A stretch of DNA of 64,000 bases, from positions 18,235,653-18,299,652 of the forward strand of contig NC_134028.1 of NCBI RefSeq assembly GCF_964204645.1, in the 5' to 3' direction. Below are positions 1-11,058 of the stretch, piece after piece. A program made the position numbers and the translations under genes. The notes below the pieces were generated by a model. The model made no database searches, had not been told where the DNA came from, and saw nothing but the letters and a program-made list of their open reading frames with translations. The stretch's first letter is position 1. The number at the start of each line of letters is the position of its first letter. The DNA comes from Tubulanus polymorphus (lineage: Eukaryota > Animalia > Nemertea).

Positions 1-550
1 AATTCATATTGGAAATATAGATAAATGGTTTCATATAATTTTAAAACCAGGATTATATAATTTAGAAACATTAGCTCAAGAAATTAATCGAAGAGCACGG
101 TTGAAAATTAGAAGAGATGATACATTTTTAATTAGATTTATAAAAAGTGATAGCACAAATAAAATTAAAATAAAGGTATATGATGAAAGTCAACATGCAT
201 TTATGGTAAAAAAACCTATAGCTAAACTGTTAGGAATTGCACCAGATACTGTTACAGGAAACATAGATGGTAAATCAAATATAATACCTTTTACACACTT
301 TTATATTTATTGCAATTTAATCGAGCCTACAAAAACATTCGAAGCAACTAAAGAAACAATTTGTAATTCTAGTATATTAAATATTTTACCATTAAAGAAT
401 GTTAAACAATTTGGAACGCAAATAAATTATAATTTAACAGAATGTGATTTCAAACCATGCATTTCTCAATTTAATAATTTTAGATTAGAAATAAGAAATC
501 ACAATGGATATTTAATTGATTTGAATAACTTTCCTGTAATTTATGACTAG
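1..550 (+). CDS. Putative minor capsid (penton) protein, 5'-truncated by the window edge
   Basis: FYIYCNLIE...ILNILPL...FRLEIRNHNGYLIDLNNFPV resembles the C-terminal pattern of Polinton/adintovirus pentons; genomic context. Confidence 0.6.
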   Translation, partial: IHIGNIDKWFHIILKPGLYNLETLAQEINRRARLKIRRDDTFLIRFIKSDSTNKIKIKVYDESQHAFMVKKPIAKLLGIAPDTVTGNIDGKSNIIPFTHFYIYCNLIEPTKTFEATKETICNSSILNILPLKNVKQFGTQINYNLTECDFKPCISQFNNFRLEIRNHNGYLIDLNNFPVIYD

Positions 551-587
551 TTATAAGATGTAGAGAGTAATTTTTTTCACTATATAA

Positions 588-944
588 ATGAATATAACTG
601 TTGGGCCGAGTATATGTTTTGGGTTTGATTTTAAACATGAGAAAGAAATGAAATTTAACATTAATGATGTAATTACACATATCAAAAATATTGCATTTTC
701 TAATGAAACAACATTTGAGTATGAAACAACAATAGATAAAGAAACTTTAAATGTAGAAAAGATTACTAATTTAATTAGAGAATCTTTAAGATTTTATGAA
801 TTAGATGAAGATTTTATCATCGATGATATTAAAAAAATAATAATTGAAATATATACAAATGAAACTAGTAATGAAATAAATGTTGAATTAATCATAAATA
901 AGATAACTAAATATTTTGATGATAGTAATTTTTTTGATAAATAA
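588..944 (+). CDS. Polinton hypothetical protein (118 aa)
   Basis: Intact ORF with ATG inside TAAATG, preceded by a T7 run. Confidence 0.6.
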   Translation: MNITVGPSICFGFDFKHEKEMKFNINDVITHIKNIAFSNETTFEYETTIDKETLNVEKITNLIRESLRFYELDEDFIIDDIKKIIIEIYTNETSNEINVELIINKITKYFDDSNFFDK

Positions 945-1166
945 ATGAGTGATAATAAGTGGATAATAACTGGATTATATAATGGAGCATTACTATCAGT
1001 TGGAACTGTTGGTTATTCAATGGTATTAAAAAAAGTATTTAAAATGGGAAGTGTTAATATTGATAGATTTGATATAAATGATATTTTAAAATCAACATTA
1101 GCAGTTACTTTATCTAATTTAACTATTGATTATTTGGAAAAACAAAAAGATATTCCTCCCATATAA
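945..1166 (+). CDS. Polinton small hydrophobic protein (73 aa)
   Basis: TAAATG start; two hydrophobic/amphipathic segments. Confidence 0.65.
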   Translation: MSDNKWIITGLYNGALLSVGTVGYSMVLKKVFKMGSVNIDRFDINDILKSTLAVTLSNLTIDYLEKQKDIPPI

Positions 1167-1190
1167 ATACATAATTATTTTACTAAATAA

Positions 1191-1613
1191 ATGGCTTCTG
1201 CAGTTATAACTATTATAGGATCAGCAATTGTTAACGCTTTAGCATTTACTGGTGGTGGATATTTATTCAAGCATATTGATAAAAATGGTTCATTAACAGA
1301 ACAAAAAAGACATAACTTAGCATTAGAGAAATATAATAAAGCAGCAGAAGAATATAGAGAAAAACGACGAAACTATATGGGTTACATCAATAAAGAATTA
1401 TATGATCAGAAGATTTCACATAGAGATTTTGAATCAGTTGATGATGCAATGAGTTTATATAACGCGGTAACAAATAAAGAAAAATTACATCTACATAAAC
1501 CTACAATATCAGATTATTATACCCCAAGTAATGAACAACAGAAATATGAAATAATATGGATTTTAGGCGGAACTGTTATTGTTATATTTGTTGCTTATAA
1601 GTTTACTAATTAG
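1191..1613 (+). CDS. Polinton membrane protein (N- and C-terminal hydrophobic helices, central coiled coil)
   Basis: TAAATG start; MASAVITIIGSAIVNALAFTGGGYLF and IIWILGGTVIVIFVAYKF. Confidence 0.7.
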   Translation: MASAVITIIGSAIVNALAFTGGGYLFKHIDKNGSLTEQKRHNLALEKYNKAAEEYREKRRNYMGYINKELYDQKISHRDFESVDDAMSLYNAVTNKEKLHLHKPTISDYYTPSNEQQKYEIIWILGGTVIVIFVAYKFTN

Positions 1614-1632
1614 TAATTTTTTTGCTAAATTA

Positions 1633-2067
1633 ATGGAAGATAAAGTTGATAATATTGATATTATTCCTCACGATATAAATAAAACTAAATTAAAAATATA
1701 TTTAGAAAAACAAATATTAGAATTTGAAAGTGACTTAAAGATAAGAAAGATAAAATATTTAAAAAGTAAAATTATATATTATTTGATTATAAGTGGTTCG
1801 GTTACAATTAGTTCTGTAATAACATTTCTAGCAATATTCAGTCCATTAACACCTTTAGCTATATCAATTGGTGTATTAGGATTAAGTTCAAGTGTTTTAA
1901 CTGGTATAAGTTCAAAATTAAATATAAAAATTAATAAAGAAAAAATTAAAACTAATATAAAAGAAATTAATAAATTAAAGAATACACTAGATTATATAAT
2001 AAGTTTAAATGGCCATATAACAGTTGAAGAACAAGATAAATTATTAAAAGAATTAATAAATTATTAA
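1633..2067 (+). CDS. Polinton two-TM membrane protein (true start probably MEDKVD at 1633)
   Basis: The in-frame ATG at 1633 follows the shared T7-N6 promoter motif; hydrophobic hairpin IIYYLIISG...LGLSSSVLTGI. Confidence 0.65.
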   Translation: MEDKVDNIDIIPHDINKTKLKIYLEKQILEFESDLKIRKIKYLKSKIIYYLIISGSVTISSVITFLAIFSPLTPLAISIGVLGLSSSVLTGISSKLNIKINKEKIKTNIKEINKLKNTLDYIISLNGHITVEEQDKLLKELINY

Positions 2068-2083
2068 TTTTTTAGTTATATAA

Positions 2084-3154
2084 ATGGCAGATAGTTTTCC
2101 AAAAGCTTTCCAATACAATAAATCAATTAAATATAATATTCCTGCAATAGATTTTAAGAAAAATATTACATAAAGAAATGAAGTTTTAAATTCATTAATT
2201 GATTTATATATTTATGTTACTGAAAGTAATAGTTTTCATGTAAAGATGGAAAATATATTTCATGTGTATACAATTAATTTTGAAAATTTAAATGAGGCAA
2301 AACAATGGTTATTAAAATCTAATATGAAGTATTGGCAGAACCAATTAAATTTTGCTGTTTATTGTGCAACAACAGGATGTGGAATTAGTTGGAATGATCA
2401 TTTGAATAAACCAAGTTTACCATTGATGTTATCACTTTTTAGATTTCATACTTATTTTCAAATAAAATTAATATTAGATGAATTAGAATGTCCTTTACCA
2501 GGTTCAAAATATTTTAAAGAATTGAATAATAATATTAATTTTTCTAAGTTTTATAAAATATGTAATGAATTTAATATTAATTCAAATAACGATTTTAGAG
2601 CAAAAATTGGAACAATACATTGGAACAACACTTCATTCGATGCGCAGAAACAATTTAAAGTATTATTTGAAGATTCAATTCATAATGATAAAAATAGATC
2701 GATTCCAGAAAACATTGTAAGATATCAAAATTATTTAGATAAATCACATATTAGATTAAATTATTGTATAGGCCCTTATCTATTCATTATTTCTAATGAT
2801 TTGGTATTAAAGATGGGAAACATAATTGGTTACAATAATCTAATTAAAACTGCCACAATAAATAATTCATTTTGATTAAATGATATAAATAAAAAGATTA
2901 TTACTGCTCCAAACTTAATGGAAGGTGAAAAAAATAAAAAACATTTTCAATCAACTGAAACTAAAACTAATAATATTAAATTAAATAATGATTCTAAAAT
3001 AAAAGATTACAATACATCAGAAAATATTAGAACCGATAATATTCAACATGATATAATTAAAAATAATGATGATAATAAATCCCATGAAAATGCTAAATTA
3101 GCTTTAACTTGTATAGGAATTGTAATCGGAGGAATATTATATTTTAAATTTTAA
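2084..3154 (+). pseudogene. Polinton protein with C-terminal TM; two premature stops
   Basis: TAAATG start at 2084; one frame joins ORFs 2246-2875 and 2918-3154 across TAA 2171 and TGA 2873; motif WQNQLNFAVYCATTGCGIS. Confidence 0.7.
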
Positions 3155-3170
3155 TTTTTTTATTATGTAA

Positions 3171-4595
3171 ATGGCAGAAGGCGGAGAAGATATTGGAATT
3201 GATACTTTTGGTGACGCTCCCGGTATAAGTGATGAACAACCACCTGATTTTGATGAAACAAGTTTTAGGATTGATAATAAAACAGCATATAATTCTAATT
3301 TAACTACACCTGAATATATTGATAAAACACGTTCAAAGATAAGTACTGAAAATGAAGTACCAGAATTAACAGGAAAAGTATTTAAATATAATAAAATTGC
3401 TAGTGATTTTAAACCAATGTTAAAAAGATCTGGTTTCAATATAACAAATAAAGGTATGGATTATTTAGTAGAAGGTTTAAAATATTTTAATGGTGATTAT
3501 TATTAGGAATTGAAAGGCGACTATTATTTTAAGATTTCAAATCTTAAAAGTACCGATAAAATAATAAAACAATCAACTTTTAATTTATTAAAACAATCAA
3601 AAATTAAGAAAATCATTAATGATGTTATAACTGATGTTACACAAAAAGAAAGGGATGATAATATAAAAGAATTTAAACAAAGAAATGATTATTTTTTTAA
3701 GATAATTAATGAAAATTTAGAACCAGAAACAATTACTAAAGAAGTTATAAATTCCAAAACTAGTAAACTTAAATCAAATAAAGTTCCAATTGAAAAACTT
3801 TTACCGTATGGATTACTTGATGCAACAGATCAAGAATTAGAAGATTTAGATATATTTTCTGATAAAGCAATTAGAGAAATTATTAGTATAAGAAATGAAA
3901 CTGATAAAATTGCACATAATAAAAGTATAAGAGATATTAAAATTAACAATTTAGAAAAAGAATTAACTGATAAAAATGAAGAAATAGAACAACTAAAGTC
4001 TGATCAAGTAATTGATGAAATAGAATATAGGCAAAAAGAATTACGTTTAGAAAAAGAAAAAGATGATTTAGAATATAACATAGAAAAAGAAGAAATTAAA
4101 TTATTATTAAAATCATATGATTATAATATTAATAGATTAAAAGATGTTTTTAAAAGATATCTAATAAAACCAGATTCTAAAATATCATTGAAAGATAGAA
4201 TAAAATTATTATTTAAGTTTGAAGGAATAACAATTCTTTCAATTCTAACAGCTGTAACTATGGTATTTACAACAATTGGTTTAGCAATGTCAAATGCTTT
4301 AAAATCTACTCCTACTCCTACTCCCAATAAACCAGATAAACCCCCGAATGATAATAATTCTATACAAGATAAAGTTAAGGATGGTTTAAAGAAATTAGCA
4401 AAATATTTATGGGAACTATCTAAAAAATCTGCTGCAGCATTGCCAGGAGTTATTGCATCAATTGTTGGTTTTATATTGAAATCTGCAGGAAACATTATTA
4501 ACTTTGCTGCGGAACATATTATTTTATTTCTAATTACAGTTGTAAGTGCTATTATTTTTGGGTTAGTGAATATGATATCAAAAAATATCAAGTAA
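3171..4595 (+). pseudogene. Polinton long coiled-coil protein with C-terminal hydrophobic helices; premature TAG at 3504
   Basis: ORFs 3171-3506 and 3510-4595 are in the same frame; TAAATG start; coiled coil followed by ITILSILTAV... and ALPGVIASIVGFIL... helices. Confidence 0.7.
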
Positions 4596-4635
4596 ACATG
4601 ATCAAAAATAAATAATTAATTTTTTTGTTAAATAA

Positions 4636-5884
4636 ATGAGTGGGAGTTATATCAATCCTTCTAAGAATCATAGAATATCTAATGCTATTAAAGCAGAAAG
4701 ATCACATCATATAATCACTCATAACCCTTCTAACATTAATCCTGATGAAACTTTATATGTTTGAATCCCTCGATTAACACAAAATACTTTTTATGTTCCA
4801 AATAGTATTTATTTATCAGCCGATATAAAAGTAATCGGTAATAATAATAATTATGTTGTTGATAATGTTGGAAGATATTTGATTAAAAAATTAACTATAA
4901 AGATTGGTCCAGAAACAGTTTTCTCATTAGATGATTATAATTTATTTATGCATTATAAAGATTTATGGTTAACTAAAGAAAATAGGAATAATATGATATT
5001 TCAAGGCATCCAATCAGAAAACCAAAATAAATTAAGATCAGAAGCTAATGACGCAATAGTAACTCGTACCGCAGATAATTTGATAAAAAAGATTTATGGA
5101 AGCAAATATAAAATTCCATTAGACTTTGAATTCATAAATAATAATGCGCCTTCATATAGATATGCAATTCAAGAAGACGTTATATTCGAAATAACATTTG
5201 CTCCTGTTAATGAAATTGTAATATCTAGCGTTGTTAAAGATATGAGTTATAAATTATCGAATATATGTTTAGAATATGATACAGTAACTGATGAAAATAT
5301 TTCAAGTATAATTCAAACCAAATACAATCAAGGATTTACATTATTATATGATTATATTGATAAATTTAAAACTGTAACTATCAATGCAAATGATGAAATT
5401 ATTAATGAGAATATTAACTTCCCAAGGAGATCTATTAAAGGTATATTAATATTTTTTTACCATTGCAACATATTCTAATGGTGCAATACAGGTTGATAAG
5501 TATTATAATCCTGAAATAACAAAAGTAGAAATAACTATCGAAGGAATAGCAAATAAAATATTTTGTCAAGGAATGAGAATGATAGATCAATGGCCAGAAA
5601 TTAGAAAACATTTTATGAATGAAAAAGTAAAATCATCTGAAAATTGTAACATTAATCAAATTGATTATTATACTGGTAATAAATACGCATTATGGTTAGA
5701 TTTTAGAACAACAGAGGATAATTCATTACATGGTTCTGGAAAAAAATTACAAAACACTAAAGATGGAATACAATTATTCATGACAAAGAAAAAAGGAAGC
5801 CTAAATTTCAAAATGCATATTTATATTATATCTGACGCACAATTAAATATTGTAAATTCACAATTAGATAGTGTTATGTATTAA
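4636..5884 (+). pseudogene. Major capsid protein (double jelly-roll), disrupted by TGA at 4762 and a frameshift in the T-run near 5452
   Basis: TAAATG start; ~415 codons when rejoined; HNPSNINPDETLYV*IP, LSNICLEYDTV, RSIKGIL, YALWLDFRT and YIISDAQLNI are Polinton MCP-type motifs. Confidence 0.75.
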
Positions 5885-5933
5885 GTTTTATGAAATATTA
5901 AAATTTTAACTTTAATAAAAAATCTTATATTAA

Positions 5934-7070
5934 ATGGAAGGAGGTAAAGTATATAAACATATTCCATACATCGATACACATGAAAATAATGATGGTTTAT
6001 ATTATGTAATACCTTGTAATATAGCTTTGATATTTGATCCTATTTTCAAAATTTATAAAACTCAACTAATAGAAATCGATAATAATAAAAGTGAAGTTGT
6101 TGATAATTTAAGTAATGTAATTGATAATAATGTAATACCTTCTACATCTAATAATGTAATACCTACTACATCTAATAATGATAAGATTGAACCTGATATC
6201 AAAACCAAAACGAGAAATGAAAAATATTGTGATGTATGTAAGAAATATATATCATATAAAAATTGGGCATCACATAAGAAATCAAATAAACATATAGAAA
6301 AAGAAAAGAATAATAATGATAATAATATATCTGATAATAATATAATAGATAATATCATAGATAATGTTAATACAATTGAAACAAATGATACAATAGATAA
6401 TATAACAGATAATGTTGATACAATTGAAACTAACGATAATGAAACAATTGATGATTCTAAAAAACATTGTAACATTTGTGATTTAGATATTTCTAAAAGT
6501 AATTTTTCTAAACATAAAAAATCTCAAGCGCATATCGAAAATGAAAGGAAGTTAGAAGAACATGAAAAGAAATTAAAAGAAATAGAAAGAAATAAAATGT
6601 GCCAATATTGTAATAAAAAAATTGAACCTGTTGATGAAAATACTCATTATAAATCAAAGTTACATCTAATTAATGTTTATAAAATGGTGAGTATGATACC
6701 ATTGTTAAATAACCCAAATAAATATATCAAATATTTTAATCCTAAAACTAACCAATATTATATATTCTATAAGTTGTTATTTGATAAATTATTAGCTTAT
6801 GCAGAAGATAATCCTAAACAAATATATAAATTATTATATTTTAGAAAAATAGATTTAAGTTATCTGATAAATAATTTTGGACATCATTTTGATTTTGATT
6901 ATGATGATTTTGATGAATACTTAGAAAAATTAAGAGAAAAAGCTAATATACCTACTAATTATTATGTTAAGACGGCTCAATTAAAATTAATACATCTACC
7001 TAAGACTTTTGGTGAATTAGATATAAACAGAGATGATTTTATAAATATATTAGAAACAAAATTAGAATAA
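5934..7070 (+). CDS. C2H2 (matrin/Met-type) zinc-finger protein with Asn/Asp-rich tandem repeats
   Basis: Three CxxC...H...H fingers (CDVC..HKKSNKH, CNIC..HKKSQAH, CQYC..HYKSKLH); 24- and 48-bp internal repeats. Confidence 0.8.
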   Translation: MEGGKVYKHIPYIDTHENNDGLYYVIPCNIALIFDPIFKIYKTQLIEIDNNKSEVVDNLSNVIDNNVIPSTSNNVIPTTSNNDKIEPDIKTKTRNEKYCDVCKKYISYKNWASHKKSNKHIEKEKNNNDNNISDNNIIDNIIDNVNTIETNDTIDNITDNVDTIETNDNETIDDSKKHCNICDLDISKSNFSKHKKSQAHIENERKLEEHEKKLKEIERNKMCQYCNKKIEPVDENTHYKSKLHLINVYKMVSMIPLLNNPNKYIKYFNPKTNQYYIFYKLLFDKLLAYAEDNPKQIYKLLYFRKIDLSYLINNFGHHFDFDYDDFDEYLEKLREKANIPTNYYVKTAQLKLIHLPKTFGELDINRDDFINILETKLE

Positions 7071-7072
7071 TT

Positions 7073-7441
7073 ATTATAAAACTAATTTATATAATTATAT
7101 ACTAGACGTACGTAAGAATCGTAAAAATCCAAGAATCCAAGAAATCTTACTTTCTTACTCGTACGTCTAGTACATAGTTAAATATAATAGTTTTCATAAA
7201 AATTAAAAACATAAAATTATTAATCTAAGTATAGAAATAGTTATAATATAATCTGTTTTTATTTTTATTAAGAGAAAACATATAATTTATTCATTTTTAT
7301 ATAATTCATTTAATAATTTATATATCTATGTACTAGACGTACGTAAGAATCTAAGAATCTTACTTTCTTACTTTCTTGGCAAGAATCTTACTTTCTTACT
7401 CGTACGTCTAGTATATAGATATATAAATTAGTTTCTATAAT
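7073..7441. terminator. Paired hairpins between convergent gene blocks
   Basis: TACTAGACGTACG...CGTACGTCTAGTA at 7100-7172 and again at 7331-7413, with longer imperfect AT-rich arms; terminator role is inferred. Confidence 0.55.
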
Positions 7442-7458
7442 ATTCCAAATTATAAATT

Positions 7459-8070
7459 TTATTTTATAAATTTATATTCATAGGGAAATTGTAGTCTCAG
7501 TAATAATTTTGAACCTTTATTATTCTTTAATTTATTCATATATTCATCATGTAATTCAGTAGGTATAATTTGATTTTCTTCCAATGATTGTTGTATGGAT
7601 TTTTTATCTTTGTTATAAAATAAAACTAGAAATCTTATATTCTCTCTAAAGTCTTTAACAATTGAATTATATTTTTGATTTAAAACCCATGTTGTTATCC
7701 CGAAATGTCTTCCAGAGAAAGCTAAGTAACATAACTCACTTTCTCTCACTTTTGAATCATGTAGATTAGCGCAATCATCTATAATGAATAATGTATTTGA
7801 TCCTTTATAAGTATCAATTGCTATTTTTATACAATTATCTAAATTTTCTTTTACTGTTTTAGGATTTAATATAATAAACTTTTCTATCTTAACTAAATCT
7901 CTATTATATGTTTTATTCATTTCATAAGTAGGGCAGAATAATATTATATTATCAAAATGATTCTTATAAATAGTTTCTAACAAGTCTAATATGAAATGAG
8001 TTTTACCACAGTTGGTTACTCCAGTAACTAACATATTATGCGGTTCAAATATAAATAAATCTTTATTCAT
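7459..8070 (-). CDS. A32/FtsK-like DNA packaging ATPase
   Basis: Walker A GVTNCGKT, Walker B LFIIDD, SGRH motif; intact. Confidence 0.9.
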   Translation of the reverse strand: MNKDLFIFEPHNMLVTGVTNCGKTHFILDLLETIYKNHFDNIILFCPTYEMNKTYNRDLVKIEKFIILNPKTVKENLDNCIKIAIDTYKGSNTLFIIDDCANLHDSKVRESELCYLAFSGRHFGITTWVLNQKYNSIVKDFRENIRFLVLFYNKDKKSIQQSLEENQIIPTELHDEYMNKLKNNKGSKLLLRLQFPYEYKFIK

Positions 8071-9148
8071 TTATTCTTTTAATTTTACTAGATAAAATCC
8101 ATTCATTAAATTTATCATCGTATCCTTTATATTTCACCAGAGAATACTTTTTTCCTTTAAGAGTTTTTGTTTTCAATACTTTTTCTATTTTGTATTCTAT
8201 TTCATCTGGATTTGGTACAAGTAATAATTCTTGTTCATAGAAATAACCTAATATTTCTTCATCTTTTATATCTTCTAATTTATAAACAAATGGTTTAGTT
8301 AATATTATCTTTTTAATCTTAAATATTTCTTCTGTAAAATTTGGGGTATAACCTTTATAAAATGTTTGTCTATATTTAGATATTCTTACGTGTTGTCCTA
8401 TTTTAGATTTAGGTTCTCCGAAATCATGTGTAACAAACGCTCCATATAGATTATTCCAAACTATTTCTGAATTATCTTCTTTTCTAGCTTGTATAGGTTT
8501 CATATTTATAGAACTATGGTTAGAATTATTATAACCTTTCACTAAATCATCTAATACATCGATATATTTATATGTTTCGTTAGCAGTAAAATATTTCCAC
8601 ATTCTAGTTTTCAATGTTTTATTAAATCTTTCTATAATAGATGCTTTTTTATCTGAGTGTGTTGAAAAATATTTTACATCGTTATCAGATAATAGTTTTT
8701 TGAAATGTTTGTTATAAAATTCCTTACCTTCATCAAATTGTATCTTATCTGGAATAGCTTCTTTAAATATAGATTTAAAAGCATTTGTTACTTCTATACC
8801 AGTTTTATTTTTGATTGGAATTGACCATGCGTATCTACTGAATATGTCTATAACATTCAATATCCAGAAATATCCTTTGTTGTATTCTTCTAAGTTCTTC
8901 ATGTCAATTAAATCTGCTTGCCATTGTTGATCGATATATGAAACCATAACTTTTCTTGTTCAAAAAGTTTTATCCATTTTCTTGTGGATTTGATATGTTG
9001 GTTGATTTTGTAACCATGATTTCAATTCACTATATTTTATATCACCATTATCAGATTTAATTTTATTCCATAATTCTGAAACGTTAGAATATGATACTTC
9101 ACTTTCTGGGTTATAATATAAATCTCTTAAATATTGTTCTTTTTTCAT
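8063..9148 (-). pseudogene. Retroviral-like (rve) integrase with C-terminal chromodomain; premature TGA at 8960-8962
   Basis: ORFs 8960-9148 and 8063-8947 are in frame; WQADLIDM, QFDEGKEF, IERFNKTLK; chromodomain YKIEKVL...LVKYKGYDDKFNEWI. Confidence 0.92.
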
Positions 9149-9154
9149 TCTATT

Positions 9155-9544
9155 TTAATCCATTAATAATAATCTAGATTTAGTTTCAATGGCTTTATGA
9201 TTTGACTTATTTTCTGGTATAATAGGTTTATTGTCTGTACACGGATAACTAAGTTTCCGATTATCATTGGAATCATCTTTATCATCAGATTTGAATTTTG
9301 ATTTATATATTACAACAGATAATATAATAACTGTTACTAATCCAATTGTAATATATAAGTAATTATTACTTCCAGCATTAGAAGAATTAGATGGATTATT
9401 ATTTGAATCAATATCAGGTGATTCATTTATATCAGTTAATTTCTTTTTCTTAGCTTTTTTTAATTCTGAAGATCTTTTACCTAATTCTCTTGCCCATTTA
9501 ATTTGTTTTTCAGATCTAACCTTTTTCTTAACGCCATCACTCAT
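9155..9544 (-). CDS. Polinton protein with basic N-terminus and single TM
   Basis: TAAATG start; KKAKKKK; YLYITIGLVTVIILSVVIY. Confidence 0.65.
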   Translation of the reverse strand: MSDGVKKKVRSEKQIKWARELGKRSSELKKAKKKKLTDINESPDIDSNNNPSNSSNAGSNNYLYITIGLVTVIILSVVIYKSKFKSDDKDDSNDNRKLSYPCTDNKPIIPENKSNHKAIETKSRLLLMD

Positions 9545-10145
9545 TTATTTTAGTTAATTTTTGTTCTGATTCATTTTCTGTTTCGACGTTTGGTTGTAGT
9601 ACAGCGTCATCTGTTTCGTTCTTACCTGATTTATATTCCATAGGCTTGATATTCGAAAATGTTATGACGCCAGTAGAAATTAATGTCATAACCGATCCTA
9701 ATTGGAATGAAGCATAACCGACCCATTTTTGTAATTCAGTCATAACTAAGTAGTCATTTTTCAAATCACTATATAATTTATTTTCATCATTAATTGGTAT
9801 TAACTGGTTACATAATTTTGAATAACATTTGACAATACCATCTGAAATAGAATCATTTATTCGGGCTAATCTAGCTTCTTCATAAATCTTAAAATATTTT
9901 ATTACTTTATCTGGTTTCATAGAGTCTAGTTCTTGAAAAGTAATGATTCTATTTAAAAACTCCTTAGTTTTTTCACCGGCAATCAATAGTTCTAGATGAT
10001 GCTTACAATATAAATAGTATTCATAATCTATATTACAATTAACTTGAATAGAATTAGAAACAACTGTATCTTTATTATCACTAATGCCCAAATCATCTAA
10101 TGTCTTTTCAATATCAATACTATTCTTACTCGATTTCTTTGACAT
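9537..10145 (-). CDS. Polinton hypothetical protein (202 aa)
   Basis: Intact ORF; TAAATG start; 8-nt overlap with the next gene. Confidence 0.65.
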   Translation of the reverse strand: MSKKSSKNSIDIEKTLDDLGISDNKDTVVSNSIQVNCNIDYEYYLYCKHHLELLIAGEKTKEFLNRIITFQELDSMKPDKVIKYFKIYEEARLARINDSISDGIVKCYSKLCNQLIPINDENKLYSDLKNDYLVMTELQKWVGYASFQLGSVMTLISTGVITFSNIKPMEYKSGKNETDDAVLQPNVETENESEQKLTKINE

Positions 10146-10244
10146 TTATATTAGAGAAATTTAATAAGAAAAATATCATAAGTATTATAAAATGATACTC
10201 GTATCTCTTTGGGTTAATACTAGTTAGTTAAAGGTAAAGAATTT

Positions 10245-10336
10245 TAGTATTAGTTATTGTTTTTTGGAGTTTTTTTATTTGTGATATAAAGTATTCTTTT
10301 GAAAAGAAAGTATTAAAAAAACAATAACTAATACTA
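10245..10336. terminator. 21-bp perfect inverted repeat downstream of the HNH gene
   Basis: TAGTATTAGTTATTGTTTTTT (10245-10265) / AAAAAACAATAACTAATACTA (10316-10336). Confidence 0.5.
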
Positions 10337-10389
10337 GCTAGTTGAAGATATGTAATTTTTAATACTTTTTATTTAAAATCTATTATTCT

Positions 10390-11058
10390 TTAACCACTCA
10401 TTAAAGACTCAACGTATTGTTCATTATTTGGATCATTGTTCCATTGATCAATAAATTTCTTTGCCTTTGTTAACTGTTCTAAATATAACTGTAAATCTAG
10501 TTTATTAGATTTAATTATGTTTTCCTTCTTTTCTAAAGGTCTTAGATTCTTCCAATTCCAAATAAGTTTTTTATTGTATTCATCATTCATGTTAAATTTA
10601 GATATTGGTAACAGGTGATCAATATGGTAATAATCCCCATAATTATCTATATTCATTTTATCATCGAATTGAAATATAATCCATGATTTGAGAAATTCAT
10701 CTGAACAACCCAATAAATTAGATAATGTTTCTGAATGTGTTTCTTTGTTGAATAATTGTGTTAATCTAGTCCTTAAACATTGTTTCAATCTAAAATTAAG
10801 ATCTGTTTGATATCTTTCTCTCATATATTCTGCCATATAATAATTATAATGTTCTATATTATCTTCTCGGTATTGTTTGGTATATAGTTTAAAACAAGTT
10901 TTACAGCAATATTGAAAACCATCTTTGCTAATCTTACGCTTACTAAATTCTGTTAAAGCTAATTTATCTAATTCACATTTAGAACACTTCTTGTAATATA
11001 TATTTATAACACCAGCGTTATTTGTAATATTGATGGTTTGTGGTTGTTCTGATTCCAT
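10390..11058 (-). CDS. HNH endonuclease with N-terminal Cys4 zinc ribbon (type common in large DNA viruses)
   Basis: CSKC...CKTC; YHIDHLLP...WKNLRPLEKKENIIKSNK. Confidence 0.8.
   Translation of the reverse strand: MESEQPQTINITNNAGVINIYYKKCSKCELDKLALTEFSKRKISKDGFQYCCKTCFKLYTKQYREDNIEHYNYYMAEYMRERYQTDLNFRLKQCLRTRLTQLFNKETHSETLSNLLGCSDEFLKSWIIFQFDDKMNIDNYGDYYHIDHLLPISKFNMNDEYNKKLIWNWKNLRPLEKKENIIKSNKLDLQLYLEQLTKAKKFIDQWNNDPNNEQYVESLMSG

Noticed and set aside
570-4630. TTTTTNT poxvirus early termination signals
   Set aside because: They coincide with the promoter T-runs and are common by chance in such AT-rich DNA
3137-6475. Antisense ORFs 3137-3439, 4121-4591, 6062-6475, 6282-6467
   Set aside because: Shadows of + strand genes or low-complexity repeats; no TAAATG promoter motif
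2171-8962. In-frame stops in viral genes as an alternative genetic code or programmed readthrough
   Set aside because: All three stop types occur, a frameshift is also present, and TAA/TAG/TGA end normal genes; simple decay explains them
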